This document shows, piece after piece, positions 27,771-36,940 of a DNA stretch of 64,000 bases. Numbering within the stretch: position 1 is the first letter of the stretch; each line of letters begins with the position of its first letter. The notes below the pieces were generated by a model. The model was given only the letters and a program-made list of their open reading frames with translations. It was not told where the DNA came from and searched no databases. The DNA comes from Acidobacteriota bacterium (GTDB taxonomy: Bacteria > Acidobacteriota > Vicinamibacteria > Vicinamibacterales > JAKQTR01): the NCBI GenBank assembly GCA_029562975.1, contig JAKQTR010000040.1, forward strand, positions 64,683 through 128,682, read 5' to 3'. The translations under genes and the position numbers were made by a program.

Positions 27771-29068
27771 GCGCCGTCCCCGCCGCCGGCCGACGCTGCG
27801 ACGACCAGGCCAAGGAGCACCCACTGGAAATAGTAGGCCGAGAAGAGCAGCAGCCCGCCGTTGCGCACGCTGTGGAAGATGTAGTCCCCGGTCAGGCCGC
27901 TTGCGATCATCCCGATGAAGAGCGCCAGCCAGCCGATGACGAGATTCCTGGCGGGCCCGTCCCGGGCGCGCCTGAGCGCGTCCCGCCCCGTCTTCAGCGC
28001 CGCGGCGAGGAACCAGACGAAGCAGGCCAGTCCGACCGCCCCGAACTCGAGCAGGACGTTGAGGTACTGGTTATGCGGCGTGTCGAGCGTCGAGTAGCGG
28101 TGCATGTACGGCCAGCTGTTGCCGGGGCCGACCCCGAGCAGCGGGTGCCGGGACCAGATCTCGACCGCGTCGGCCGCGAGCGCGAGCCTTCCTGCCTGTC
28201 CGCCCCAGCTCTGCTGCCGGCGTTCGACGTCCAGCAGATCGCGCAGCGGCCCAGGAGTGAGAGACCCGGTGGCGGCCACGAGCAGGAGATAGATCCCTGC
28301 CGCGCCCAGCATGCCGACGCCGACGGTCTTTCGGGCTCGGATGAACACCACCGCCGCCACTGCGACGAGGGTCGTGAGGTACAGGAAGGCCTTGCCGATG
28401 ACCAGGCCGTACAGGAGCGGTGAAAGCGCGACGATCCAGAGCCCGAGGCGCCTGGCCAGCGTTCGCTCCTCGAACGCCTCGGCAACCAGCCACGGGCCGG
28501 CCGCGAGCGCGAAGTAGGCGCTCCACGTGATGTGCGAACGCCATTCGGCGGGCACCAGGGGCAGCGCCACCGAGGGCGCGGCCATGATCGTCAGGGCCGT
28601 TCGGACCCGCCGGATCGCAGCGGCATCCCAGGCGGTGTTCGCGACCACGAAGTAGAGGCCAACGGGCCAGGCGATGAGCAGGATCTGGCCCAGCGAGACG
28701 GCAAGCTTGACGTTGGCGGCGGGGACGGCCGGATCGAGATCTCCGAAGCTCCACAGCAGCGCGAGCGCCGAGGCGGGCACCATCAGGAGCAGCGGGCGGT
28801 TGACCGGGGCGGGCACGAGCGGCGGCGCAGGCCCGCGCGCGCGGCGAAGCCACCAGATGGCGATCATCACCGTCGGCAGGGCTTCCGCCAGAAGCAGCGG
28901 CTGCTGGATCTGCGAGCCGTGGAACGTGAACACGCGAACGAACGGCACCCAGCCCGTGACAAGGAAGACCAGGGTTGCGCGGCGCATGTCCCGCGCCGCC
29001 AGCCATGAGAACGCTCCCGTGATGGCTAGGCCCAGAGCCGTCGCGATCCAGGCGGGCGTCAGCGGCAC
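27767..29068 (-). CDS. O-antigen ligase/Wzy-family polysaccharide polymerase (polytopic membrane protein)
   Basis: GTG at 29068 with GGAGGG upstream. About 10 TM segments. 'HPLLGVGPGNSWPYMHRYSTLDTPHNQYLNVLLEFG' matches the Wzy_C/O-antigen ligase signature. Confidence 0.75.
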   Translation of the reverse strand: MPLTPAWIATALGLAITGAFSWLAARDMRRATLVFLVTGWVPFVRVFTFHGSQIQQPLLLAEALPTVMIAIWWLRRARGPAPPLVPAPVNRPLLLMVPASALALLWSFGDLDPAVPAANVKLAVSLGQILLIAWPVGLYFVVANTAWDAAAIRRVRTALTIMAAPSVALPLVPAEWRSHITWSAYFALAAGPWLVAEAFEERTLARRLGLWIVALSPLLYGLVIGKAFLYLTTLVAVAAVVFIRARKTVGVGMLGAAGIYLLLVAATGSLTPGPLRDLLDVERRQQSWGGQAGRLALAADAVEIWSRHPLLGVGPGNSWPYMHRYSTLDTPHNQYLNVLLEFGAVGLACFVWFLAAALKTGRDALRRARDGPARNLVIGWLALFIGMIASGLTGDYIFHSVRNGGLLLFSAYYFQWVLLGLVVAASAGGGDGA

Positions 29069-29273
29069 AGGCCGCCCTCCGGGCGCCGGGAGTGCCCCGA
29101 CCCGGCCATACTGACTGCGGCCGCGCGACGGAACGGCAGGGGCAGGGCTGACTTTAGTCGTCCTCCTGGAGGGTTTCTCGGCTGGCTGCCTTCGCCGCCG
29201 CAGTCTGTCTTTGAGTCGGTCAACATGCTGATTAGAAACGAGTTGTACGACGAAGACAAGGCCGTGTCAATCA

Positions 29274-29290
29274 TGGCCCACACCATGCTT
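29274..29290 (+). promoter_or_regulatory. weaker sigma54-type promoter match upstream of the priming-transferase operon
   Basis: TGGCCC-ACACC-ATGCTT with exact GG-N10-GC spacing, in the low-GC divergent intergenic region. The GC lies only 16 nt before ATG 29304. Confidence 0.3.
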
Positions 29291-29303
29291 ATCTCCATGC
29301 AAT

Positions 29304-29981
29304 ATGCCATTCGTATCATCGGCTCTGCTTCGCGAAAACCGTATACCGATTCGCGGCGGAGTCCTGCCCCTGGACCGGCGGCTCAATCAGAACATCAAGG
29401 CCATCTCCGACCGCCTGCTGGGCGCCGCCGCCGCGCTCCTCGCCGCGCCCCTGATGCTCGTGGTCGCGGCCCTCGTGAAGCTCACAAGCGAAGGCCCGAT
29501 CATCCACCGGCGGCGCGTGGTCGGCAGGGGCGGCGTTGAGTTCGACGCGTTCAAGTTCCGCACGATGGTCGCCAACGCCGACCAGATCCTCGCGGCCGAC
29601 CCGGCGCTCAGGCGCGGGTTCCTGCAGAAACACAAGATCGAGGACGATCCCAGGGTCACTCCAGTCGGACGCTTCCTTCGGAAGCTGAGCCTTGACGAGC
29701 TTCCGCAGTTCTTCAACGTGCTCGCAGGGCAGATGTCGGTCGTGGGGCCGCGCATGCTGTCACCCGAGGAGATCGACCGCTACGGCGCCCACGTCGCGGC
29801 GCTCCTGTCGGTGAAGCCCGGCCTGACAGGGCTCTGGCAGGTGTCGGGCCGGCAGCGCACGACGTACGAGCGCCGCATCCAGCTCGACATGCAGTATGTC
29901 AGAACATGGAGCCTGTGGCTCGACCTGCGCATCCTGGCCAGGACGCCCATCGAGGTCTTCAGAGGCACAGGAGCGTTCTAG
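29304..29981 (+). CDS. polyprenyl-phosphate sugar-phosphate transferase (bacterial sugar transferase family; priming enzyme)
   Basis: ATG at 29304. 'KAISDRLLGAAAALLAAPLMLVVALV', 'GPIIHRRRVVGRGGVEFDAFKFRTM', 'DELPQFFNVLAGQMSVVGPR' and 'KPGLTGLWQVSGR'. Confidence 0.85.
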   Translation: MPFVSSALLRENRIPIRGGVLPLDRRLNQNIKAISDRLLGAAAALLAAPLMLVVAALVKLTSEGPIIHRRRVVGRGGVEFDAFKFRTMVANADQILAADPALRRGFLQKHKIEDDPRVTPVGRFLRKLSLDELPQFFNVLAGQMSVVGPRMLSPEEIDRYGAHVAALLSVKPGLTGLWQVSGRQRTTYERRIQLDMQYVRTWSLWLDLRILARTPIEVFRGTGAF

Positions 29982-30014
29982 CCGGGCCTGCCGGCTGTCG
30001 GGAGAACTTGTCGC

Positions 30015-30668
30015 ATGATGTGGAGAGACTCCAGGACATATCTGGCTGAGCTGGTGCAGGCGCTCCGCCTGATCGACACGCGGACGATCGAGCGCTTCGG
30101 ACGCCTGCTCCACCGCACGTACGTCCTCAACCGGACGGTGTTCTGCATCGGGAACGGCGGGAGCGCGGCGCTGGCGTCGCACCTGGCAGCCGACCTCGCC
30201 AAGCTGACCACGACGCCGGGCCAGCCGCGCCTGAAGGCGATGTCGCTGGCGGACAGCATGGCGGCCGTCACGGCCGCGGCCAACGACATCGGGTACGAGG
30301 ACGTGTTTGTCGAGCAGCTTCGCACCTACCTCGAGCCCGGCGACGTCGTCATCGCGTTCAGCACGAGCGGCCGGTCCCGGAACGTGCTCAGAGCCCTGGA
30401 GTACGCAAACGGCAGGGGCGCCGTGACCATCGGCATCACCGGCGCCGACGGCGAGCCGCTGCGCGCCGCGTCGGCCGAGTCGCTGAGCATCGCGTCGCTG
30501 AGCGTGCAGCAGATCGAGGACGCGAGCACGGTGGCCGCCCATCTGGTCTGCCTGGTGACGCGCGAGCTCTGCCTGGCCGAGATCCGGCCGGATTCCACTG
30601 ATCTGCTGGACACGCCGGTACCCGTGGAGCAGCTCCGCCTGACGCTCGACACGAACCCGTCGGCCTGA
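30015..30668 (+). CDS. gmhA: SIS-domain D-sedoheptulose-7-phosphate isomerase
   Basis: ATG at 30015. 'VFCIGNGGSAALASHLAADL' and 'GDVVIAFSTSGRSRNVLRALEYA' are typical of GmhA. Confidence 0.7.
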   Translation: MMWRDSRTYLAELVQALRLIDTRTIERFGRLLHRTYVLNRTVFCIGNGGSAALASHLAADLAKLTTTPGQPRLKAMSLADSMAAVTAAANDIGYEDVFVEQLRTYLEPGDVVIAFSTSGRSRNVLRALEYANGRGAVTIGITGADGEPLRAASAESLSIASLSVQQIEDASTVAAHLVCLVTRELCLAEIRPDSTDLLDTPVPVEQLRLTLDTNPSA

Positions 30669-30812
30669 CGCCCGATTCCCCTGCTTCGGACCGTATTCCG
30701 CGGCTCGCGGGGTTCCGATACATCCGACGATCGGCCCGGCCCGCGCGCCGCCTCGCCCGCGCCGGCCCGTCGCGCCCAGGGGCAGGCCCTCGAGGCAGCT
30801 TGTCTTCAGTGA

Positions 30813-31721
30813 ATGTGCGAGATGCCCACGCCCGATGTCACGGTGTCGCTCGTGTCGTTCAACACCCGCGACCTCCTCAGGGCCGCCCTGCAGGCGGTGG
30901 AGGCGAGCCGCGGGGTGTCCTGCGAGGTTTTCGTCGTCGACAACGGCTCGGCCGACGGAAGCGCCGACATGGTCCAGGCGGAGTTCCCCGCCGCCCGGCT
31001 CATCCGGAACCCCGACAACCGGGGCTTCGCGGCGGCGAACAACCTCGCCATCCGGCGGGCGGCGGGCCGGTACGTGCTCCTGCTGAACCCGGACACGGAG
31101 GTGAGCCCCGACGCCATCCGAACGTTGGCCGACTACCTCGACAGGCACCCCGACACAGGCATCTGCGGCCCGAGGATCGTCTTCCCTGACGGGACCTTCC
31201 AGTCGTGCGGCTACCGGTTCCCGACGGTGTGGTCCGAAATCCGCCAGTCGAAGAACGTCAATCGCCTCGTCAAGGCGCTCGTCGGCCCGGAGACCTTCCC
31301 CGCTGACTGGCCCGAGGCCCGTGACGTGGACTGGGTGGACGGCGCATGCCTGATGATCCGGCGCGAGGTCATCGATCGGATTGGGCCGCTCGACGAGCAG
31401 TACTTCCTGTACGCCGAGGAACTCGACTGGTGTTTCAACGCCCGGAAGGCCGGCTGGCGCGTGGCCGCGGTGCCAGCCGCCGGGATCGTCCATCACCAGG
31501 GGAAGAGCAGCGCCCAGGTGAGCGACCGTTCGCTCGAGTACTTCATGGACACGCGGCTCAGGTACTACCGCAAGAACCGTGGCCTGGCCGTGGCGCTCTT
31601 CGTGAGCGCGGTCTACGGCGCCGGCTGCCTGAAGCAGTGGCGCAGCGAGCCCCGCAAGTCGAGGGTGAAACTGCGGGCCGTCTCGAGGTGGTGGGCGGGC
31701 CTCTTCGGCCGCGCCCGGTGA
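30813..31721 (+). CDS. GT2-family glycosyltransferase (rhamnosyltransferase-like)
   Basis: ATG at 30813 (or 30822). 'VSLVSFNTRDLL..VFVVDNGSADGS', 'NRGFAAANNLA', 'LLLNPDTEV' and 'DWVDGACLMIRREV'. Confidence 0.8.
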   Translation: MCEMPTPDVTVSLVSFNTRDLLRAALQAVEASRGVSCEVFVVDNGSADGSADMVQAEFPAARLIRNPDNRGFAAANNLAIRRAAGRYVLLLNPDTEVSPDAIRTLADYLDRHPDTGICGPRIVFPDGTFQSCGYRFPTVWSEIRQSKNVNRLVKALVGPETFPADWPEARDVDWVDGACLMIRREVIDRIGPLDEQYFLYAEELDWCFNARKAGWRVAAVPAAGIVHHQGKSSAQVSDRSLEYFMDTRLRYYRKNRGLAVALFVSAVYGAGCLKQWRSEPRKSRVKLRAVSRWWAGLFGRAR

Positions 31722-31725
31722 CGCC

Positions 31726-32946
31726 ATGCGGATCCTCTTCGTCGCGCCCTACGTGCCGTCGCGGGTCCGCGCCCGATCGTACGAGTTCGTCCGTGCGCTG
31801 ACGGGGCTCGGACACCGGGTTCACGTCGTCGCGCTTCGCCCGCCCGAGGACCGCTGGGCCGACGACACGCCCGTGAGGGAGGCGTGCGAGCGAATGGACG
31901 TGTTTCCCTTGTCGCGGGTTCGGACCCTCGCTAATGCCGGGCTCGCGCTGGCGGGACCCGGCCCGCTCCAGGAAGCCTATTCCCGGCATCCCGCCGCGCG
32001 CGCCCACGTGGCGAGGCTGGCTGCCTCGCGCCTCTACGACATCGCGCACGTCGAGCACCTCCGGGGCGCGACGCTCATGAGAGGCGTGGCCGGCCTTCCG
32101 GTGGTCTTCGACGCGGTCGATTCCATCAGCTACCTGTTCGAGCAGGCCGCCAGGCTCGCCGTCCGGCGCCTGCAGCGGGTTCTGGCGAGGCTCGAACTCG
32201 CGCGCACGGCGCGCTTCGAGCGGCAGGCCCCTCACCGCTTCGCGCGCACCGTCGTGACGTCGCCGGTCGATCGTGACGCGCTCATCCGGCTCGCAGGGCC
32301 GGACGCCGCGCGCCGCGTCGCCGTCGTCCCGAGCATCGTGGACGGGTCGTACTTCACGCCAGGCCGATCGGGCGCCGGCCAGGCGACCGTGCTCTTCACC
32401 GGCAAGATGAGCTATCACGCCAACGAGGCGGCGGCACGGCACCTCGTCCTGCGCGTCATGCCGGAGGTGTGGCGCAGCCGGCCCGACGCCAGGGTGATCG
32501 TGGCAGGCAAAGACCCCTCCCCGCGAATCCTCGCGCTCGCAGACGACCCGAGGGTCCAGGTCACGGGCTACGTCGCCGACCTCCGGCCGCTCTTCGCCAG
32601 GGCCACCGTGGCGGTCTCGCCGCTGCTGTACGGCGCCGGGCTGCAGTTCAAGATCCTTGAGGCCATGGCGTCGGGTGTGCCGGTCGTGACCTCCCTGAAG
32701 GCGTGCGCGAGCCTGACGGCCCGGCCCGAACACGAACTGCTGGCGGGCGAGACGCCCGAGGAGATCGCCAGCCAGGCCCTTCGTGTCATGCGCGACAGGG
32801 AGTTGGCCGGGCGGCTGGGCGAAGCGGGCCGCGAGTACGTCGTGCGGGAGCACAACGCGACGGTCATCGGCCGGCGCCTGACGGAGATCTACGGCGCCGC
32901 GCGCGAGGACTCCGTTCCGCGTCCGGTTCGGCGCGCCTCGCGGTAG
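31726..32946 (+). CDS. GT4-family glycosyltransferase
   Basis: ATG at 31726 ('MRILFVAPYVP..'). The C-terminal 'PLLYGAGLQFKILEAMASGVPVVTS' is an EX7E-type GT-B motif. Confidence 0.8.
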   Translation: MRILFVAPYVPSRVRARSYEFVRALTGLGHRVHVVALRPPEDRWADDTPVREACERMDVFPLSRVRTLANAGLALAGPGPLQEAYSRHPAARAHVARLAASRLYDIAHVEHLRGATLMRGVAGLPVVFDAVDSISYLFEQAARLAVRRLQRVLARLELARTARFERQAPHRFARTVVTSPVDRDALIRLAGPDAARRVAVVPSIVDGSYFTPGRSGAGQATVLFTGKMSYHANEAAARHLVLRVMPEVWRSRPDARVIVAGKDPSPRILALADDPRVQVTGYVADLRPLFARATVAVSPLLYGAGLQFKILEAMASGVPVVTSLKACASLTARPEHELLAGETPEEIASQALRVMRDRELAGRLGEAGREYVVREHNATVIGRRLTEIYGAAREDSVPRPVRRASR

Positions 32947-34082
32947 ATCTGCTCCATCTCCGCGAGGTGTCGGTCGAGGGTGAATCGGTCCTCGACGCGC
33001 CCGCGGCCGGCCGTTCCGAGCCTGCGCATCCGCGCCGGGTTCAGCAGTAGCGAGACGATGGAGCCTGCGACGGCGCCGGCGTTCCCGGGCTCGACGATCA
33101 CGCCCGTCTCGCCGTCCCTCACGATCTCCGGCGTGCCGCCCGTTCGGGTGGCCACAACCGGCCTGCCGGCTGCCATGGCCTCCATGAGGCCCAGCGCGGC
33201 GGGCTCGGGGGTCGTCGTGAGCACCGTGACCAGGTCCATCGCGCGGAGGACTGCCGGAACGTCCGGCCGCCAGCCGGTGAAGAGGAAGGCCCTCCCCAGC
33301 CCGGCCCCGGCAATCAGGCCCCGCAGCTCCTCCTGATAGGGAGGGTTCTCGAGCGCGCCTACGAAGCAGAACCTGGCTGCCGGGAAGTCGCGCAGGACGG
33401 CAGGCGCGGCTTCGATGAGCGTGCGATGGCCCTTGTAGGGGAGCATCTGCCCGAACAGCCCGATCGCCGGCGCGTCCGGGGGGATCCCGAGCTCGCTGCG
33501 CACAGCGGCTGCGTCGGTGTCGCCCACGTCGAACCGGCGAAGGTCGATGCCGTTGTACACCGTTCGCAGTTTCCGACGGGGTATGCCTGCGCGCGCCAGG
33601 TTGGTGGTCACGGCATCGGACGGGCCGATCACCGCATGGCAGGAGCCGGCCGCGAAGCGATAGAGCCGCCGGTTCACGCGGTGAAGGCGCTTGATGTTGT
33701 GCTCGTGCCAGATCTGGGGGACGCGGCACCACCGGCACGCGAGCGCCGCATACAGTGACGCGGGGTACGAGATGGCGTGGACGAGATCGACGGCTTCGGC
33801 GCGAATCACCCGGCGGATCTCGCGTGCGACCCGGGAGAACGACAATGCGTAGTGCGCGAGCACGAGGGGATGGGTCCTCGTCTCGAGCAGGATCCGGCTG
33901 TAGTGCTCCGTGGCCAGGTACGGGACGCCCCGCTCGTCCAGCGCGTCGGCGAGGCGCCGGTTCAGCCGGTGCAGGTAAACGCGAGCCCGGCGGTCCGGCG
34001 GCGCACGGCGATCCAGGTAGCCCAGCAGCACGATCTCGGCTCCGCTGAGCGTGGTCGAATCGCTGACGTACAGGATGTTCAT
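32889..34082 (-). CDS. GT4-family glycosyltransferase
   Basis: In-frame ATG at 34082 (MNILYVSDS..), overlapping the upstream stop as ATGA. 'GQMLPYKGH' and 'EPAALGLMEAMAAGRPVVATRTGGTPEIV'. Confidence 0.8.
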   Translation of the reverse strand: MNILYVSDSTTLSGAEIVLLGYLDRRAPPDRRARVYLHRLNRRLADALDERGVPYLATEHYSRILLETRTHPLVLAHYALSFSRVAREIRRVIRAEAVDLVHAISYPASLYAALACRWCRVPQIWHEHNIKRLHRVNRRLYRFAAGSCHAVIGPSDAVTTNLARAGIPRRKLRTVYNGIDLRRFDVGDTDAAAVRSELGIPPDAPAIGLFGQMLPYKGHRTLIEAAPAVLRDFPAARFCFVGALENPPYQEELRGLIAGAGLGRAFLFTGWRPDVPAVLRAMDLVTVLTTTPEPAALGLMEAMAAGRPVVATRTGGTPEIVRDGETGVIVEPGNAGAVAGSIVSLLLNPARMRRLGTAGRGRVEDRFTLDRHLAEMEQIYREARRTGRGTESSRAAP

Positions 34083-35224
34083 GGCCGTCCAGCCGACAGT
34101 CTCGCCTCGACGGCCGCCCGGTAGGCTTCGAGCGTCTTCCTGGCGGTCGTGTGCCACGAAAAGGCCTTCGCGCGGGCAAGGCTCCGGGCCCTCAAGTCCG
34201 ATCTGACAGCCTCCGACTCCAGGACCCGCTCGAGATGGCGGGCGAGTTCCGCCGGACGCTCGACGTCGAAGAGCAAGCCGGCGCCTGCGACCACCTCGGG
34301 GATCGCGCCCCGCGTCGACGCGACGACCGGCGCGCCGCAGCTCATCGCTTCGACGAGCGGGATGCCGAAGCCCTCGTACCACGAGGGAAACACGAAGACG
34401 GCGGCCAGGTTCATCAGCAACGCGAGGTCGGCGGTGGACGGGCGCGCCAGGAAGCGCACGGCCGGATCGGCCATCGCGGCGGCGACCGGTGGGCGGGGCC
34501 CCGTCTCGCGGCTGAAGAAGACGATCTCGGTTCGCGCGCGGATCGCGTCCGGGAGCAAGCCGTACGCTTCGATCAGCGCCTCGGGGTTCTTGATGCCGTC
34601 GGCAAGGACCATCAGTGGTCGCCGCTGGAAGCGCGCGCGGCCGGACTCGAGGGCGGCCGGGTCCGTGACGGGCGTGAACTCCTCGCCCGCGGCCTCGTGA
34701 ATGGCCACGATTCGGTCGGGCCGCCGCCCGCCCAGCCGCGCGATCTCGCCCCGCGCATGCTCGCTGGTGGTCAGGACCGAATCGGCGTCGGCCAGGGCCC
34801 TCCGCGTCTGCCAGCCCAGGTACGCCATCATCGCGACCTGGCGGGGCTTTCTGCCGAAGCCGCGGCGGTGCTCGGACATGCGGAACAGGTTCAGCGCATC
34901 GTGCACCGTCACGACGAGCGCGTAGGCCCCGCGCGGCCCGTAGTTGCCGGGGAAGTGAGCGACGTCCACTAGGTCCCTCGCCATCCAGCGCGCGATTCGC
35001 ACGTCGTTCGCCAGGGTGCTCAGCGGAGAGATCCATGGGAGCGTCCGCACCGAGACATTCGACGGACAACGCCCCAGTTCGAACGGCGCCTTGGCGTCGA
35101 TGTAGTAGACGAACTCGTCGTCGGGGGCCAGCCCCGGAAGCGTTCGCGCCAGGTGGAACACGTACGTGCGGACCCCCCCGACCAGGCCGCGCGAAAGGTA
35201 CCGGGCGTCGAAGCCGATGCGCAT
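34079..35224 (-). CDS. GT4-family glycosyltransferase
   Basis: ATG at 35224 ('MRIGFDARYL..GGVRTYV'). 'VFPSWYEGFGIPLVEAMSCGAPVVAS'. Confidence 0.8.
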   Translation of the reverse strand: MRIGFDARYLSRGLVGGVRTYVFHLARTLPGLAPDDEFVYYIDAKAPFELGRCPSNVSVRTLPWISPLSTLANDVRIARWMARDLVDVAHFPGNYGPRGAYALVVTVHDALNLFRMSEHRRGFGRKPRQVAMMAYLGWQTRRALADADSVLTTSEHARGEIARLGGRRPDRIVAIHEAAGEEFTPVTDPAALESGRARFQRRPLMVLADGIKNPEALIEAYGLLPDAIRARTEIVFFSRETGPRPPVAAAMADPAVRFLARPSTADLALLMNLAAVFVFPSWYEGFGIPLVEAMSCGAPVVASTRGAIPEVVAGAGLLFDVERPAELARHLERVLESEAVRSDLRARSLARAKAFSWHTTARKTLEAYRAAVEARLSAGRP

Positions 35225-35236
35225 CCCGACCTTCCC

Positions 35237-36799
35237 TCAAGGCGACGTCGTCAGGAAGGGAATCCGGTGCCGCTGGGGAACGTGAGCGAGGAGCTCCGCT
35301 CGCTCCGCCTTCGAGAGCGAGCGCGTCCAGAAGAGCACCGCGTACAGGAGGCTGCACGCAGCCGCAGCGACCAGCAGCAGCGCTGACCGGTGATCGATTC
35401 GCCAGTAGGCGAGGGCCAGGGGCGCGAACGCCACGGCCGCCGGCGCCGCCGCTGGCACGACGACCTCGCGCGCGAACGCGCCCCACCCCACCGACAGCTC
35501 GCGCTTCACAAGGTGCAGCCACACGAACTCGAGGGCGACCGCCGGGATCATGGTGCCGAGCGCGACGCCGAGGATGCCCAGCTCAGTCACGAGCCAGACG
35601 CTGAGCGCCACGTTCAAGAGGGCCTGCGGCACCTTGTACCACCAGATGATCGGGGCGATTCGCCGCATGCCCAGGAGCACGGAGTAGCCGACGTGGTTGT
35701 GGCTGGTCACCGCGAACGCCACGAGTAGGACCTGCAGGATGGCGGCGTGGCGGGCGAACTCCGGCCCCATCCAGACGTCGAGCACGAGCGCGCCGCAGAA
35801 GCCGAGCGAGAGGACGAGCGGCCACGCGACGGCGACGGTGTACTTCGTCATCCGAAGGTAGAGCTGACGGAGCTTCTCCCGGTCGCCTCGTCCGTGGAGA
35901 TCGCCGGCCAGGGGAGCCACGGCCTGGACGAGCGTCGTGGGCAGAGTGTACGCGAAGGCGTACAGCTTCCACGCCGCCGCGTAGTAGGTCACCATCGAGA
36001 TCGGCAGGAACGCGCTGATCACGATCTTGTCGCTCTGCTCGATCAGCAGGCTGCACAGGGACCCGACCAGGAGCGAGCTGCCGAAGCCGACGAGCGCGCG
36101 GGCCTCCGGCCTGTCGAGCGCTCCGACGCGCACGGCCAACCCCGGCACTTCCTGCCGAATCCACCGGTATTGCAGCAGCCCGGCGGCGAGGTGGACCAGC
36201 GCCTCCATCGTCACGATGGCGACGAGGCGAAAGCCCAGCCAGAGGAGCAGCACGGCCAGCACGAACTTCGCCAGCACGATCAGGATCCAGAGCTGGTTCG
36301 TGCGGTCCTGCCGCTGGGTGCCGAGCAGGACGGCCTGGAAGGCCGCCAGGGGCATGCGCGCCGCGAAGCCCGCGATGGCGATCGCAAACACCGCGCGGGC
36401 CTGTCCGGTAAGGGCCGGAGGCACTCTCAGCGCCTCGACCATCCAGGGAACGGCCGCGACCAGCATCAGGGGGATCGCCGCCAGGAGCGTGAGCAGCGTG
36501 ATCGCCGTCGAGGCCGAGCGGTTCAGGCCGGCGGTGTCGCCGCGGGCGCGGCAAACGGCGACCGACTGCGACAGGGCCGGGACGAGCCCGAGTTCGAGCA
36601 GCCCCATGTAGCCGGTGACCGAGCCGAGCAGCAGCCAGATCCCGGCGGCGGAGTCGCCAATCTCGCGGACCACGTAGGGGAAGAGCAGCAGGTTCGTGAG
36701 CAGGTTGACCGCGAACCCGGTGTAGTTCCAGGCGGTGTTGCGCGTCAGCGTCCTGCGGACGTCCACGCGCCAGCCGGGCTGTCCGGTGTCAGTAGGCAT
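35237..36799 (-). CDS. Wzx-type oligosaccharide flippase (MOP superfamily polysaccharide biosynthesis protein)
   Basis: ATG at 36799; 520 aa with ~12-14 TM segments. 'NTAWNYTGFAVNLLTNLLLFPYVVREIG' is typical of polysaccharide-biosynthesis/flippase proteins. Confidence 0.75.
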   Translation of the reverse strand: MPTDTGQPGWRVDVRRTLTRNTAWNYTGFAVNLLTNLLLFPYVVREIGDSAAGIWLLLGSVTGYMGLLELGLVPALSQSVAVCRARGDTAGLNRSASTAITLLTLLAAIPLMLVAAVPWMVEALRVPPALTGQARAVFAIAIAGFAARMPLAAFQAVLLGTQRQDRTNQLWILIVLAKFVLAVLLLWLGFRLVAIVTMEALVHLAAGLLQYRWIRQEVPGLAVRVGALDRPEARALVGFGSSLLVGSLCSLLIEQSDKIVISAFLPISMVTYYAAAWKLYAFAYTLPTTLVQAVAPLAGDLHGRGDREKLRQLYLRMTKYTVAVAWPLVLSLGFCGALVLDVWMGPEFARHAAILQVLLVAFAVTSHNHVGYSVLLGMRRIAPIIWWYKVPQALLNVALSVWLVTELGILGVALGTMIPAVALEFVWLHLVKRELSVGWGAFAREVVVPAAAPAAVAFAPLALAYWRIDHRSALLLVAAAACSLLYAVLFWTRSLSKAERAELLAHVPQRHRIPFLTTSP

Positions 36800-36940
36800 C
36801 TGCGGCCCTTCTCGAGATCGTTGCGCTGCGCCAGCCGGGTACCACTGGATTCGGCCAGCGGCCGGCCGGCGATAGGTATGATAGTCTCACGCCGGCCGGT
36901 TCCGAGACGCCAGCCAGGCGCGCTGCTCCGTGGAGGTTCG

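Noticed and set aside
29059-29539. Small ORFs 29059..29319 (minus, 86 aa) and 29225..29539 (plus, 104 aa) in the low-GC intergenic region
   Set aside because: They have odd composition, no SD or family features, and overlap each other and the sugar-transferase gene. The region is better explained as divergent promoter DNA.
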